From Octopus vulgaris (taxonomy: Eukaryota), in assembly GCA_951406725.2 (NCBI GenBank), contig OX597829.1, positions 39,866,001 through 39,930,000 of the forward strand: a stretch of 64,000 nt of DNA, written 5' to 3'. The notes under the pieces were generated by a model. It searched no databases. It had not been told where the DNA came from and saw only the letters and a list, made by a program, of their open reading frames with translations. Shown here piece by piece: positions 13,833-26,760 of the stretch (position 1 is its first letter; each line of letters opens with the position of its first letter). Made by a program: the position numbers and the translations under genes.

Positions 13833-13914
13833 ATTGGGAGCTGCGAGCTGGCAGAATTGTTAGCACACTGGGTGAAATGCTTAGCAGTATTTCGCCCGTT
13901 GCTCCAATTTGAGT

Positions 13915-14240
13915 TTTCAACGTCTGTTGGACAACTGATTTCCATTACTAGGCACATTTTCCTAGTTCTCGCCAGGTTTGGATTGTTACAATTTTCCAGA
14001 GATTTGTGATATGAACCAGTCATATTTCGTCTAGATTCTTTGCTATTATGGGTAAATTACCTTCCATATTGCTATAATCTCTTACATTTTTCTACTTTTC
14101 AACTATCCTTTGTATGTGTTACCTTGTCTCCTCTAGGTGTTTCACCTGCATTCCGATCTTCTATGTGCAGCAGGTATTTCGTTATTTCCTGCTTCTGAAT
14201 TTCAAAAAGCAAATATATCAGATTACTTACTGATTGTTGA
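13915..14240 (-). mobile_element. Decayed R4/R2-type restriction-like endonuclease fragment
   Basis: NNPNLARTRKMCLVMEISCPTDVEN resembles the PD...C.IIDI.xP.D.N motif; upstream RGDKV resembles RHDKV. Confidence 0.45.
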
Positions 14241-14295
14241 TTCAAGGTAGACGGACGACTCTGGCGGTTATGAATACTACGGTCACAATGAAATT

Positions 14296-14690
14296 GGCAA
14301 GCTGGCAGAATTATTAATACGCCGGGCAAAATGCTTAGCGGTGTTTCGTCTGCCGTTACGATCTGAGTTCAAATTCCACCGAGGTCGACTTTGCCTTTCA
14401 TCCTTTCGGGGTCGATTAAATAAGTACCAGTTACGCACTGGGGTCAATGTAATCGACTTGATCTGTTTGTCTGTCCATGTATGTCCTCTCTGTGTTTAGC
14501 CCCTTGTGGGTAGTAAAGAAATAGGTATTTCGTCTGCCGTTACGTTCTGAGTTCAAATTCAGTCGAGGTCGACTTTGCCTTTCATCCTTTCAGGGTCGAT
14601 AAAATAAATACCAGTGACACACTGGAGTCGATGTAATCAACTTACCCCTCCCCCCCAAATTGCTGGCCTTGTGCCAAAACTTGAAATTAA
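14296..14690 (+). mobile_element. SINE-B dimer (Tx1-type tail, then alternative tail)
   Basis: Second unit restarts at ggtatttcgtc (~14524). Confidence 0.88.
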
Positions 14691-14965
14691 TATTGCAGTC
14701 ACTCTGACGACATGTTCTGCATAACCTTTTACTCACTCTGCAAAAGGTTGCACAGAAAATTTTTCATCTTAAATATTTCTTGCATTTTCTCTGAGTGTGT
14801 ATTCCTGGTAATTAACCAGGGAATACAAAGGATTCTTTTCGTCTCTCATGACACTATTTGTCCCATATACAGACATAACCTGTGAATGAACTTTAACGAC
14901 TGTTAGTTAGTATGATGTAGTCAAGAGGATATGAAACGAAGTTGAAAGCCTGTTTAAATCAATAT

Positions 14966-15386
14966 ATATTTCTTTACTACCCACAAGAGGCTAACCACAG
15001 AGGGGACAAACAAGGACAGACAAGGGGATTAAGTCGATTACATCGACCCCCAGTGAGTAACTGGTACTTAATTAATCGACCCTGAAAGGATGAAAGGCAA
15101 AGTCGACCTCGGCGGAATTTGAACTCGGAACGTAGCGGCAGACGAAATACCTATTTCTTTACTACCCACAAGGGGCTAAACACAGAGGAGACAAACAAGG
15201 ACAGACAAGGGGATTAAGTCGATTACATCGACCCCAGTGCGTAACTGGTATTTAATTTATCGACCCCGAAAGGATGAAAGGCAAAGTCGACCTCGGCGGA
15301 ATTTGAACTCGGAACGTAACGACAGACGAAATACGACTACGCATTTCGCCCGGCGTGCTAACGTCTCTGCCAGCTCGCGCCGCCTT
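14966..15386 (-). mobile_element. SINE-B dimer with TSD
   Basis: Two ~185-nt units; flanked by tgtttaaatcaatata and tgtttaaattaatata. Confidence 0.9.
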
Positions 15387-15706
15387 AAAATGTTTAAATT
15401 AATATAATTAAGCTTCACTTTCTCTTTTCGCTTTCGTTTTAATTACAGGTGGTTAGTATCACCATTACTATAGAAATTTCTGAAGATAGTGGCTAATTTC
15501 CAGGTTTTAGTATGTATGACCGGGATCTCTTTTCGCACCCAATCGGGTAGCGTAAATGTTGCTACGGGCATTGATACAGAATACGGTTTTATGGACAGCC
15601 TATTCATTCTTGTGAGCAGAAAGCTCTAAGAACGCATGTATTTGTTATCTGTGAGTTACACGCCTTAGTCTCATGTTTCTCGTATTTTTTTATCCATCTC
15701 TAGGTA

Positions 15707-16107
15707 CTCTCTTTTACTCTTTTGCTTGTTTCAGTCATTTGACTGCGGCCATGCTGGAGCACCGCCTTTTTAATCGAGCAACTCGACCCCGGGACTTATT
15801 CTTTTGTAAGCCCAGTACTTATTCTATCGGTCTCTTTTTGCCGAACCGCTAAGTAACAGGGACGTAAACACACCAGCATCAGTTGTCAAGCAATGCTAGG
15901 GGAACAAACACAGACACACAAACACACACACGCATATATATATATACGACGGGCTTCTTTCAGTTTCCGTCTACCAAATCCACTCACAAGGCTTTGGTCG
16001 GCCAGTGGCTATAGTAGAAGACACTTGCCCAAGGTGCCACGCAGTGGGACTGAACCCGGAACCATGTGGTTGGTAAACAAGCTACTTACCACACAGCCAC
16101 TCCTGCG
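15707..16107 (-). mobile_element. SINE-A copy
   Basis: Reverse complement of the family consensus. Confidence 0.9.
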
Positions 16108-16354
16108 ATGTAGCATTTTTCATCGATCCTGGAGAAAAAAAAATCTGGCCATTGGAATGAGTGATTAACGAAACAGGATTGTATATTTTTCTCGTTTTAC
16201 AACCGTGTAAGAACATATATTCTCGTCAAATTCCATCTCAACACCCTTTGAGATGTAACCGAGTTAAAGCTTATCGTCGTACTATAAACGATATTTTTTT
16301 GCATATATTTTGTGGTCAACTACGCGGACCGAGTATTATTTTGAAGGTACATAT

Positions 16355-16726
16355 ACTCTTTTACTTGTTTCAGTCATTTGACTGCGGCCATACTGGAGCA
16401 CCGCCTTTAGTCGACCAAATCGACCCCGGGACTTATTCTTTGTAAGCCCAGTACTTATTCTATCGATCTCTTTTGCCGAACCACTAAGTAACGGGGACGT
16501 AAACACACCAGCATCGGTTGTCAAGCGATGCTAGGGGGACAAACACAGACACACAAACACATACACACATACATATATACAACAGGCTTCTTTCAGTTTC
16601 ACAAGGCTTTGGTCGGCCCGGGGCTATAGCAGAAGACACTTGCCCAAGATGCCACGCAGTGGGACTGAACCCGGAACCATGTGGTTGGTTAGCAAGCTAC
16701 TTACCACACAGCCACTCCTGCGCCTA
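16355..16726 (-). mobile_element. SINE-A copy
   Basis: Reverse complement of the family consensus. Confidence 0.9.
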
Positions 16727-16912
16727 TATGTCTGTAAAAATTGCGGTACATGGCCCAGTGGTTAAGGTGTTGTACTCATCAGATCGACTGATCGTGGTTT
16801 CAATTCCTGGAACGGATGATGCGTTGTGTTCTTGAGGAGACTTTCCAGGTGCAATCTAAAAGTCATTTATGACCGAAGGGGGTCATTACCCTATATATAT
16901 ATATGTGTGTGT

Positions 16913-16967
<55 letters not shown>

Positions 16968-16969
16968 TT

Positions 16970-17170
16970 CGTAAACACCAGTCGCGTTTTTTTCCCTCTT
17001 TCGCCCACTTCGGGATCTTTCTTCTTTCTTCCTTCTCTTATGTTTCGACGAAGAGCTCCGCTCGAAACGTCATACCCTCCTTCTTCCATTTTCCTGAGCG
17101 CCTAATAATAATAATACTGTAATTGTTCCACGTGTTGTTGTTTTTTCTGTTTTCCCGTTTGGATTAACCT
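16970..17170 (+). mobile_element. Penelope-like fragment with degenerate hammerhead
   Basis: TCGACGA-a-gagc tcc gctc-GAAA-cg-TC at 17045-17071; downstream ttcctgagcgcc is shared with ~27450; flanked by TA runs. Confidence 0.6.
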
Positions 17171-17265
17171 TATATATATGTATATATATATGTATATATA
17201 TATGTGTGTGTATAAATGTATACAGTAGTCGCAATCAGTCGAAATGTTTTCATTTGAAATCACTC

Positions 17266-17345
<80 letters not shown>

Positions 17346-17513
17346 TTTGCGTTCTTGTCCCAGTTTGTATTTTTCTACATATAATAATAATATATATATA
17401 TGAGACTGCTGGTTTTAAATTTTTCAATAAGTGGGCCGTTCCTGCCACCCACGAGATAATTTCTTTCAGGCATTTGTCCCACTTTAACGATTCTGCTACC
17501 TGACACCCCACCA

Positions 17514-17604
<91 letters not shown>

Positions 17605-17729
17605 CGTGCGTATGTATGTGTGTGCATATATATATGTGTGTATTATATATATTATATACATGTATGTATATATATATATACATATATAGATGTATGCATA
17701 TGTATGTGTATATATATTTATATATACAT

Positions 17730-17808
<79 letters not shown>

Positions 17809-17833
17809 GGGCAAAATTGCTAATAAGCCACCT

Positions 17834-17894
<61 letters not shown>

Positions 17895-18405
17895 TATATG
17901 CGCGTTGAAAAATTTTACATAAATGATGCGAATTGATAAGGCTATCTGTCTGTCTGTCTGTAAAGAAACGAGTAGTTAAGCTGCTTGTATAAAATTGCCT
18001 TAAAGTTCATTCAACCTCGAACAGACCCGATAAGTATCTTCTTTCTTTGCATTATCTATTTAGGTTAATAAGTAGTTTAGCAGTCTACACGTTGTCTGAA
18101 AAGCGCCTCATGTCTGCCTGCCCGCCTGCCTGCCTGCTTGCCTGCCTGCCTGCCTGACTGACTGACTGCCTGCCTGACTGACTGCCTACTTGCCTGCCTG
18201 CCTGACATATTTTACAAAGCCAAAAAGGAGGTTCTACTCGGTTGCCCTAACCTAGTAGTATCTTTTACCTATGGACCCCTTTGGTTTCCATTTTACCAAG
18301 GTAGACCCCCATACTCACTCCATGTTTCTTAAAAAAAATCCCCATTCTATTCTCATAGATATTAGCAATTGCATACAAAAGAAAAATTGTTAAAATATCT
18401 TTTAC

Positions 18406-18818
18406 AGGCGTAGGAGTGGTTGTGTGGTAAGTAGCTTGCTTACCAACCACATGGTTCCGGGTTCAGTCCCACTGTATGGCACCTTGGGCAAGTGTCTTCT
18501 ACTATAGCCTCGGGCCGACCAAAGCCTTGAGTGGATTTGGTAGACGGAAACTGAAAGAAGCCCGTTGTATATATGTATATATATATGTGTGTGTTTGTGT
18601 TTGTGTGTTTGTGTTTGTGTGTTTGGTTTGTTCCCCCCAACATCGCTTGACAACCGATGGTGGCGTGTCTACGTCCCCGTAACTTAGCGGTTCGGCAAAA
18701 GAGACCGATAGAATAAGTACTAGGCTTACAAAAGAATAAGTGCCGGGGTCGATTTGCTCGACTAAAGGCGGTGCTCCAGCATGGCCGCAGTCAAATGACT
18801 GAAACAAGTAAAAGAGTA
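18406..18818 (+). mobile_element. SINE-A copy
   Basis: Full head to tail; a degenerate partial copy follows at ~18836-18985. Confidence 0.92.
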
Positions 18819-19499
18819 ATATATATATATATATAGGCACAGGCTTTCCCAACCACATGGTTCTGGGTTCAGTCATATCACGTGGCACCTTGGGTAAGTA
18901 TCTTCTACTATAGCTTCATTCCGATCAAAGTCTTAGGAGTATGGCCGCAGTCAAATGACTGAAACAAGTAAAAGAGTAAAGGAGTATATTGCTGAAGTAT
19001 AACCAATTTATAGCACATAAATTTTAACAAAATCTTAAGTAGACTCCCCACCCCGCCGCAAGGCCATATGCACTCACAAGGGTCACATGGACCCGACTGA
19101 GAACCACTGCTTTAACCGAGAGAAATAATATCCAAATATCCTTCAAATCACAGCATGCTTTCTATAACGAAAAATGTGGGTCACATTAGATAATAAACTT
19201 CGGTATATATACATAGAACACTAGAATAAAAGCAGAGATTGTGCTATTTAGGACTGCCTTTGATCATAGGTCTGCGTGATCATTCTGACCTAGAGCTTAA
19301 TAACATAATGTCTTTTGCTGTACCTTAAGAAGTCGATGGCGTCGGATTAGTGGTGTCGTTAAAGCTGTTTCGTAAGGAGGGCGTAGTAATAATAGTTTAA
19401 TATTTTGGTTATGACGTGGGTTACTTCAGAAGTTAGCCTAACAATGCGGCAAATCAATAGAATTTACAATAAACTTTTCATTAGAATTTCATTGGAATA

Positions 19500-20313
19500 C
19501 ATGTATGTATGTATGTATGTGTGAATGTGTGAATGTATGTATGTATGTATGTATGTATGTATGTATGTGTGAATGTATGTATGTATGTATGTATGTATGT
19601 ATGTATGTATGTATGTATGTATGTATGTATGTATGTGTGTGTATGTATGTGTGTATGTATGTGTGTATGTATGTATGTATATGTGTGTATGTATGTATGT
19701 ATGTATGTATGTATGTATGTATGTATTTGTGTGTGTATATATGTATGTGTGTATATATGTATGTGTGCGTGTATGTATGTGTGTATGTATGTATGTATGT
19801 ATGTATGTATGTATGTATGTGTGAATGTATGTATGTATGTATGTATGTATGTATGTATGTATGTATGTATGTATGTATGTATGTATGTATGTATGTATGT
19901 GTGTATGTATGTATGTATGTATGTATGTATGTATGTATGTATGTGTGAATGTATGTATGTATGTATGTATGTTTGTGTGAATGTATGTATGTATGTATGT
20001 ATGTATGTATGTGTGAATGTATGTATGTATGTATGTATGTATGTATGTATGTATGTGTGTATGTATGTATGTACGTATATGTGTGTATGTATGTGTGTAT
20101 GTATGTATGTACGTATATGTGTGTATGTATGAGTGTGTATATTTGTATGTATGTATGTATTTGTGTGTGTATATATATATGTGTGCGTGTATGTATGTGT
20201 GTATGTATGTATGCATGTATGTGTGTATATATGTATGTGTGCGTGTATGTATGTATGTATGTATGTGTGTGTATGCATGTGTGTGAGTGTGTGTGTATGT
20301 ATGTATGTATGTA
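19500..20313. repeat. (TATG)n microsatellite, ~810 bp
   Basis: Direct observation. Confidence 0.97.
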
Positions 20314-20315
20314 TA

Positions 20316-20483
20316 GGTACAGGCATGGCTGTGTGATAAGAGGTTTTTTCAGAGTCATATAGTTTCGAGTTCAGTCCAACTGCATGGCACCTTGGCCAAG
20401 TGTCTCCTGTTATAGCCTCGGACCAACCAAAGCCTTGTGAATGGATTTTGAAGACTGAAACATGTGTGAGTGTGTGTGAATCT

Positions 20484-20544
<61 letters not shown>

Positions 20545-20642
20545 TGTTTGTCCTCTACCATCGCTTGACAACCGGTGTTGGCGTGCTTAAGTTCCTATAA
20601 CTTAGCTGTTCGGCTAAAGAGAATGATAGAATAAGTATCAGC
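20316..20642 (+). mobile_element. Diverged SINE-A copy
   Basis: Head ggcatggctgtgtgataag and CORE-like caccttggccaagtg. Confidence 0.8.
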
Positions 20643-20920
20643 TCTTTGCATCCTAACAACATCGGAGACACTCGTGCTGAACTGGCTCAATCTGTGTCAC
20701 AGATCTTTGCTTTGGACAATATCGGTGGTGTTGTTAAGAAAGAATTACATGCCTGAGCAACAATAGGCTCGGGAATAGGCAGTGCATGGGGTACAAGAGC
20801 ACTCCCTATTTTTGGTGGGATGATTGGAGGTGGGGGTGATGAAAACACTTTGAACAGCCTCTTGAAAAACTTCATTGCTAAAATGAATGAATGTAGAAAC
20901 ATTTTTGGACTGATTTGAAA
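20643..20920 (+). pseudogene. Coding-like fragment with Gly-zipper hydrophobic segment and in-frame stop
   Basis: Reads HPNNIGDTRAELAQSVSQIFALDNIGGVVKKELHA*ATIGSGIGSAWGTRALPIFGGMIGGGGDENTLNSLLKNFIAKMNECRNIFGLI*. Confidence 0.35.
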
Positions 20921-20984
20921 CACTACTTTTCCATTATTGGATTTATCTGATTCGATTGATGTACAGATATTATTATTATCATCA

Positions 20985-21050
<66 letters not shown>

Positions 21051-21073
21051 TTATTATTAGTATTATGAGTATT

Positions 21074-21614
21074 AGTGAGAGAGCAATGCATGCCATCAAA
21101 GTGACACTGGGGTAAAATATACGAAGCCCAGTATACCCATCATGACTACCTGTCTGATAAGGGTACACCAGGCACTTGCATCACAACCATATGTGCGTGA
21201 CATGGTGATCTCATACCAAGATAAACAGCACATGACCTTGCAAGTGGGGCCCAGTTAGAATTTTCTTCTGGTCGAGTAGCCCATCCTGCTCAAAAGGTCC
21301 CTGAATAAGGATTGTTTTAGGATGTTGAACGAAACACCCATGTTTCCAAAGGTGAATTATCCAAACCTCCAAGAATTCCTTTCAACACACGGCTATGATG
21401 CTCCCCCACTACTTCTGCACACATTGTCAGCCACCAAGGGGCATGGTCAACTGGTTACGGTCAAACAACTGACAAGCAAATCTGTGGTATTGAGCAGAAT
21501 ATTTGCTGTAGCCCATCTTATATACCAAGACAAAACAATGAACATGATAACACTTCCAATCAGTTAAGACCAGAATCCATGAGAGCCACTGCCTGGTACT
21601 GTATCAGGGCATTT
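21074..21614. mobile_element. ~540-bp interspersed repeat inserted in (TTA)n
   Basis: Second copy at 51640-52017; both flanks here are TTA microsatellite. Confidence 0.75.
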
Positions 21615-21631
21615 ATCATTATTATTATTTA

Positions 21632-21693
<62 letters not shown>

Positions 21694-21695
<2 letters not shown>

Positions 21696-21880
21696 GGCGG
21701 TGAGCTGGCAGAATCGTTAGCAATCGGCATTTTGTCCGTCCATTACGTTCTGAGTTCAAATTCCCCCGAGGTCGACTTTACCTTTCATCCTTTCAAGGTC
21801 GATAAATCAAGTATCAGTTTAGTACTGGAGTTGATGTAATTTGACTTATCCCCCCGCCTCACTCCAAAATTTTAATAGAA
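21694..21880 (+). mobile_element. SINE-B copy (deleted, alternative tail)
   Basis: aaggcggtgagctggcagaatcgttagc head plus central domain. Confidence 0.82.
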
Positions 21881-22071
21881 AGGATTATTATTGTTATTGT
21901 GGTTGTTTTGATATTAACATCAGACTTGTTAGTAAATAATTTTGAATCTGGGTTCGCATCCCCTGAGCAAACTTCGTTTCTGCAATTACGAGGGCAACAG
22001 TCAGCTTGCTCCGGTCTATATATACATATATAGTCCAGTGGGCAATCTAGACTGTTGGAGGTCTTACATTG

Positions 22072-22351
22072 TGTATGTAGGTCGACAGACAGAATCGATG
22101 GAGCGATAGACGAATGCCTTGTGGTATTTACCGTCTCTTTGTGTTTTGATTTAATCTTTCCCGAGTTCAAAACCAGTCAGCACCAGTCAAATACTAGTTT
22201 CATTTCTTCCATTATGTCTCTCTCTCCTTTGTCTGTCTGTCTGTCTCTCACACACGCACACATGCACAGACACACACACACACTGAGAACTGGGTTCACT
22301 GCGTTGTATGCGAATAGTGGAGAGAGACGCTCCCAGGAGTCCTTTCCTTCA
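22072..22351 (+). repeat. Unique-looking segment duplicated at 24784-25155
   Basis: The two copies are near-identical apart from microsatellite length. Confidence 0.92.
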
Positions 22352-22505
22352 AGAAATAAAAGAGGGCTTGAATTAGGGGTTAGCAACTTCTTTTCATGCA
22401 GGGGGGAATGAATGAATGAATGAATGAATGAATGAATGACGGGCATGAATGGCTCGACGTGTTATGCATCACGGAACATTGAACGTCATACACTAATGCA
22501 CACGC

Positions 22506-22581
<76 letters not shown>

Positions 22582-22871
22582 ACACACACGCACACTCGGA
22601 CACTCGCACACGCACACGCATCGCTTTATCTCAGTTTTTCCGTCTCTCCTCAAAAAAACACACCAATACACATACATACATACAAATGTACAATGACTGA
22701 CACGAAGGCATTCGTTATTTTTTGCATTCATAATTAGCGAATTAACATAACAGTGACGCCGTTAATTACTGTAAAAAAAAAAGCGTTTCTAAGTTATTCT
22801 GTTTCTAAACAATCCTGTTACCTTGCCGCAAATATGCAATTGTGGAGGCAGCAACGCTTGAGTGGTTTATA

Positions 22872-23131
22872 ACTCTTTTTACTCTTTTACTTGTTTCAGT
22901 CATGTGACTGTGGCCATGCTGGAGCACCACCTTTAGTCGAGCAAATCGACCCTCAGGACTTATTCTTTTGTAAGCCTAGTACTTATTCCATCGGTTTGTT
23001 TTGCCGAACCGCTAAGTAACGGGGATATAAACACGCCAGCATCGGTTGTCAAGCGATGTTGGCGGGACAAACACAGACTCACAAACACAGACACACACAC
23101 ACATACACACATATATATATATATATATAGA

Positions 23132-23168
<37 letters not shown>

Positions 23169-23300
23169 GCGACGGTCTTCTTTCAGTTTCCGTCTACCAA
23201 ATCCACTCACAAGGCATTGGTCGGCCCGAGGCTATAGTAGCAGACATTTGTCCAAGGTGTCACGCAGTGGGACTGAACCCGGAACCATGTGGTTGGGAAG
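22872..23300 (-). mobile_element. SINE-A copy
   Basis: Family match. Confidence 0.88.
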
Positions 23301-23619
23301 CCCATACGCTGTGTCACGCTCATAAACTGTGTCACTCTCATTTACGTTAAGGTTTTGTGACCTTCTGGTTAAGAATTCTATTCCAGCAGTCACGAAGTTT
23401 CGAGTAAGAACTGGTGTGTCTTTTACTCTGGTTTCGAGTCGACCCAAGACATCTGAGTGAAACTGAATAGACGTAAATTATGTGGGGGACTATCAGGTGG
23501 ATTATACCCGTAATGCAAAGCCCATCTTTGTTATATTGCATCACAGGTATAATAACAGAAGATTAGGTTAATTATGCACATATCCGTGGAATACTCAACC
23601 GCTTCATCTTTTATCCTTT

Positions 23620-23692
23620 AATTGTTTCAGTCATGAGACTACAGCCATTTTGGGGGCACTATATTGAAGAATCGACCCCAATATTTATTTGT

Positions 23693-23723
<31 letters not shown>

Positions 23724-24095
23724 TTGAGCCTGGTACTTATTCTATTGATGTTTTTTGCCGAATCGCTAAGTTACAGGGACGTAAACATACCAACATTGGT
23801 CGTCAATTAGTGGTGGGGGAGGATAAACAAAGACACACACACACACAACAGATATATATACATACATACATACATACATACATACATACATACATACATA
23901 CATACACAGACAGACACACACACATATATATATATACATACACGACGGGTTTCTTTCACTTTCCGTCTCCCAAATCCACTCAAGAGGCTTTGGTCGGCCC
24001 GAAGCTATAGCAGAAGACACTTGCCCGAGGTACCGCGCAGTGGGACTGAATCCGGAACCATGTGGTTGGGAAGCAAGCTTCTTACAACACACCCA
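23620..24095 (-). mobile_element. Diverged SINE-A copy
   Basis: Family match. Confidence 0.82.
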
Positions 24096-24939
24096 CACTT
24101 CAATCGGACGTTCAGTCGATCGAATAACCAAATGATTGTTGTACAATTACAGAATGGTTCTTTCATCCCTACTTCCACAAGGACAGAAAAGACTATGCTT
24201 CGCTGATGAGGTCATAATAAGAATGGAATATGTCTTCAGCTGCCTGTTGTAATTGAAAAGAAAATCGTATCAGTCATTCTTAGTTTTTGTTTTTCTCGGT
24301 ACATATTTATTGTTCGTTAGCTTTTTAAAAGTTTGATACATTAGATATATTAGCACTAACGTCATAAGAATTTAGAAACTTCGAAGGATTGCCAAATAAT
24401 TCGCTTATAACCGTAGAACTCGGAAGAAATACAACTATAAATGGTAGCATGTAAAAATTGGGTTAAAAACCCCTTTTCGATAAAAAAAAAGACGAAGGCT
24501 GAAACGAATTATGTGAGCACCAATTTATCTACTGTTGCTTTCCTCAAAACCCCCCTTTTGATCCCTGTTTTCTCTGAAAAATTCCCCTTTCATCATAGCC
24601 AACCAATCTACAATACCTAACATTTATTCAGTGATTCACATCAATTTCCTCACCGCTATATTCAGCAAATACTAGGTAAACTGCTTTGCTGATGGCATCA
24701 GGATACGACCGAAAACTGTTTGGAGTTGTTACGCCGAATGATCCGGAAAATGGGAAACAAATATTAATTAATTATTAATTAATTGTATGTAGGTCGACAG
24801 ACAGAATCGATGGAGCGATAGACGAATGCCTTGTGGTATTTACCGTCTCTTTGTGTTTTGATTTAATCTTTCCCGAGTTCAAAACCAGTCAGCACCAGTC
24901 AAATACTAGTTTCATTTCTTCCATTATGTCTCTCCCTCC

Positions 24940-25004
<65 letters not shown>

Positions 25005-25032
25005 TGCACAGACACACACACACACATGCACA

Positions 25033-25089
<57 letters not shown>

Positions 25090-25298
25090 AGAACTGGGTT
25101 CACTGCGTTGTATGCGAATAGTGGAGAGAGACGCTCCCAGGAGTCCTTTCCTTCAGCGGGTATCTAAAATATATTATTTAATTAATAATATATTTTGGAT
25201 ACCCGTTCCTATTTTTGACTTAGCGCTTTAATAGTCCAAGACTAAAATACGTTAACATTAATGCTAAGCTTAATAGTTTAGTGATGAACTGTAAAAAT

Positions 25299-26176
25299 AC
25301 TCTCTTTACTCTTTTACTCTTTTACTTGTTTCAGTTATTTGACTGCGGCCATGCTGGAGCACCGCCTTTAGTCGAGCAAATCGACCCCGGGACTTATTCT
25401 TTGTAAGCCCAGTACTTATTCTATCGGTCTCTTTTGCCGAACTGCTAAGTGACGGGGACGTAAACACACCAGCATCGGTTGTCAAGCAATGCTAGGGGGA
25501 CAAACACAGACACACAAACACACACGCACATACATATATATATATATATATATACATATATACGACAGGCTTCTTTCAGTTTCCGTCTACCAAATCCACT
25601 CACAAGGCATTGGTCAAAAGAAAGTTAATAAACAGAAAAAACACAGCAAAATTATTCTGGCCTTGCGGTACTCCCGGCCTGGGTTGAACCTGGAACGCCG
25701 CAACTGCAACACAACTTCCACAAAAATGGGTCCGAAATGTAATCCAATAGTGGCTTATTTTTATAATTTTCTTGCGAAGTGCTCTGACAAGGGAATAAAT
25801 TCAACAAACCCAAACACAGCACTGGCTACCGCTAACGGTAATTTTAACAGTAACTGTATTGAATTCCGAGGATACGCCCCTCCACTGTTTTTTCTTTTTT
25901 TTTTTTCAATGAACACAAAAACGGCAGCCGCCGAGAGCAGGCGAAATTGTCTCAGAGTTGGACACAACTTACTGAAATAATAATTGGCACGCAATAAATT
26001 ATGCCCAACTCACAATAAACAAAATCACTTACCTCGACAACTTTCCGTTTTTGGTCTTTTTTCTTTAATTGGACGGAGCTGGTTGACTCGCGTCCACTCT
26101 GGCTGAACAGGAAGCAACTGACTAACTGCGCATGTGTGTTAGCAAGCTACTTACCACACAGCCACTCTTGCGCCTA
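25299..26176 (-). mobile_element. SINE-A interrupted by an unrelated ~520-bp insert (25616-26134)
   Basis: SINE body stops at ggcattggtc and the head resumes at gttagcaagctacttacc. Confidence 0.8.
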
Positions 26177-26206
26177 TAGCCACTCCATGAAAAAGTTTGA
26201 AAATAA

Positions 26207-26760
26207 AGGCGGCGAGCTGGCAGAAACGCTTACCGGTATTTCGTCTGCCACTACGTTCTGAGTTCAAATTCCGCCAAGGTCAACTTTGCCTTTCGTCCTT
26301 TCGATAAATTAAGTACCAGTTACGCACTGGGGCCGATATAATCGACTTAATCCCTTTGTCTGTCCTTGTTTGTCCTCTCTGTGTTTAGCCCCTTGTGGGT
26401 TGTAAAGAAATAGAAATAGGTATTTCGTCTGTCTTTACGTTCTGAGTTCAAATTATGCCGAGGTCGACTTTGCCTTTCATCCTTTCGGGGTCAATATAAT
26501 CGACTTAATCCGTCTGTCTGTCCTTGTTTGTCTCCTCTGTGTGTGGCCCCTTGTGGGCAGTAAAGAAATTGGTATTTCGTCTGTCATTACGTTCTGAGTT
26601 CAATTTTCGCCGAGGTCGATTTTGCCTTTCGTCCTTTCGGGGTCGATAAATTAAGTACAAGTTACGCACTGGGGTCGATATAATCGACTTAATCCCTTTG
26701 TCTGTCCTTGTTTGTCCTCTCTGTGTTTAGCCCCTTGTAGGTAGTAAAGAAATAGAAATA
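26207..26760 (+). mobile_element. SINE-B trimer
   Basis: Units restart at ggtatttcgtc (~26419 and ~26571); agtttgaaaata on both flanks. Confidence 0.88.

Noticed and set aside
14136-14172. Plus-strand micro-exon (ctag|...cag|gtattt)
   Set aside because: Lies within an apparent decayed minus-strand R4-type LINE fragment.
19464-20362. Long ORFs rich in HTYI/MYVC/IYIY (also at 2.3-3.1, 8.4-9.2, 17.3-17.9, 36.7-37.3 and 60.5-61.2 kb)
   Set aside because: These are translations of TATG, TA and CA microsatellites, which lack stop codons.
25660-25715. 16S rRNA-like or tRNA-like snippet (gggagtaccgcaagg on the minus strand) in the insert that splits SINE-A
   Set aside because: Too short, and the flanking sequence is not rRNA-like; the insert remains unclassified.
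26207-26760. CRISPR-like repeat array
   Set aside because: Units are ~150-210-nt SINE bodies with no unique spacers; eukaryotic context and no cas genes.
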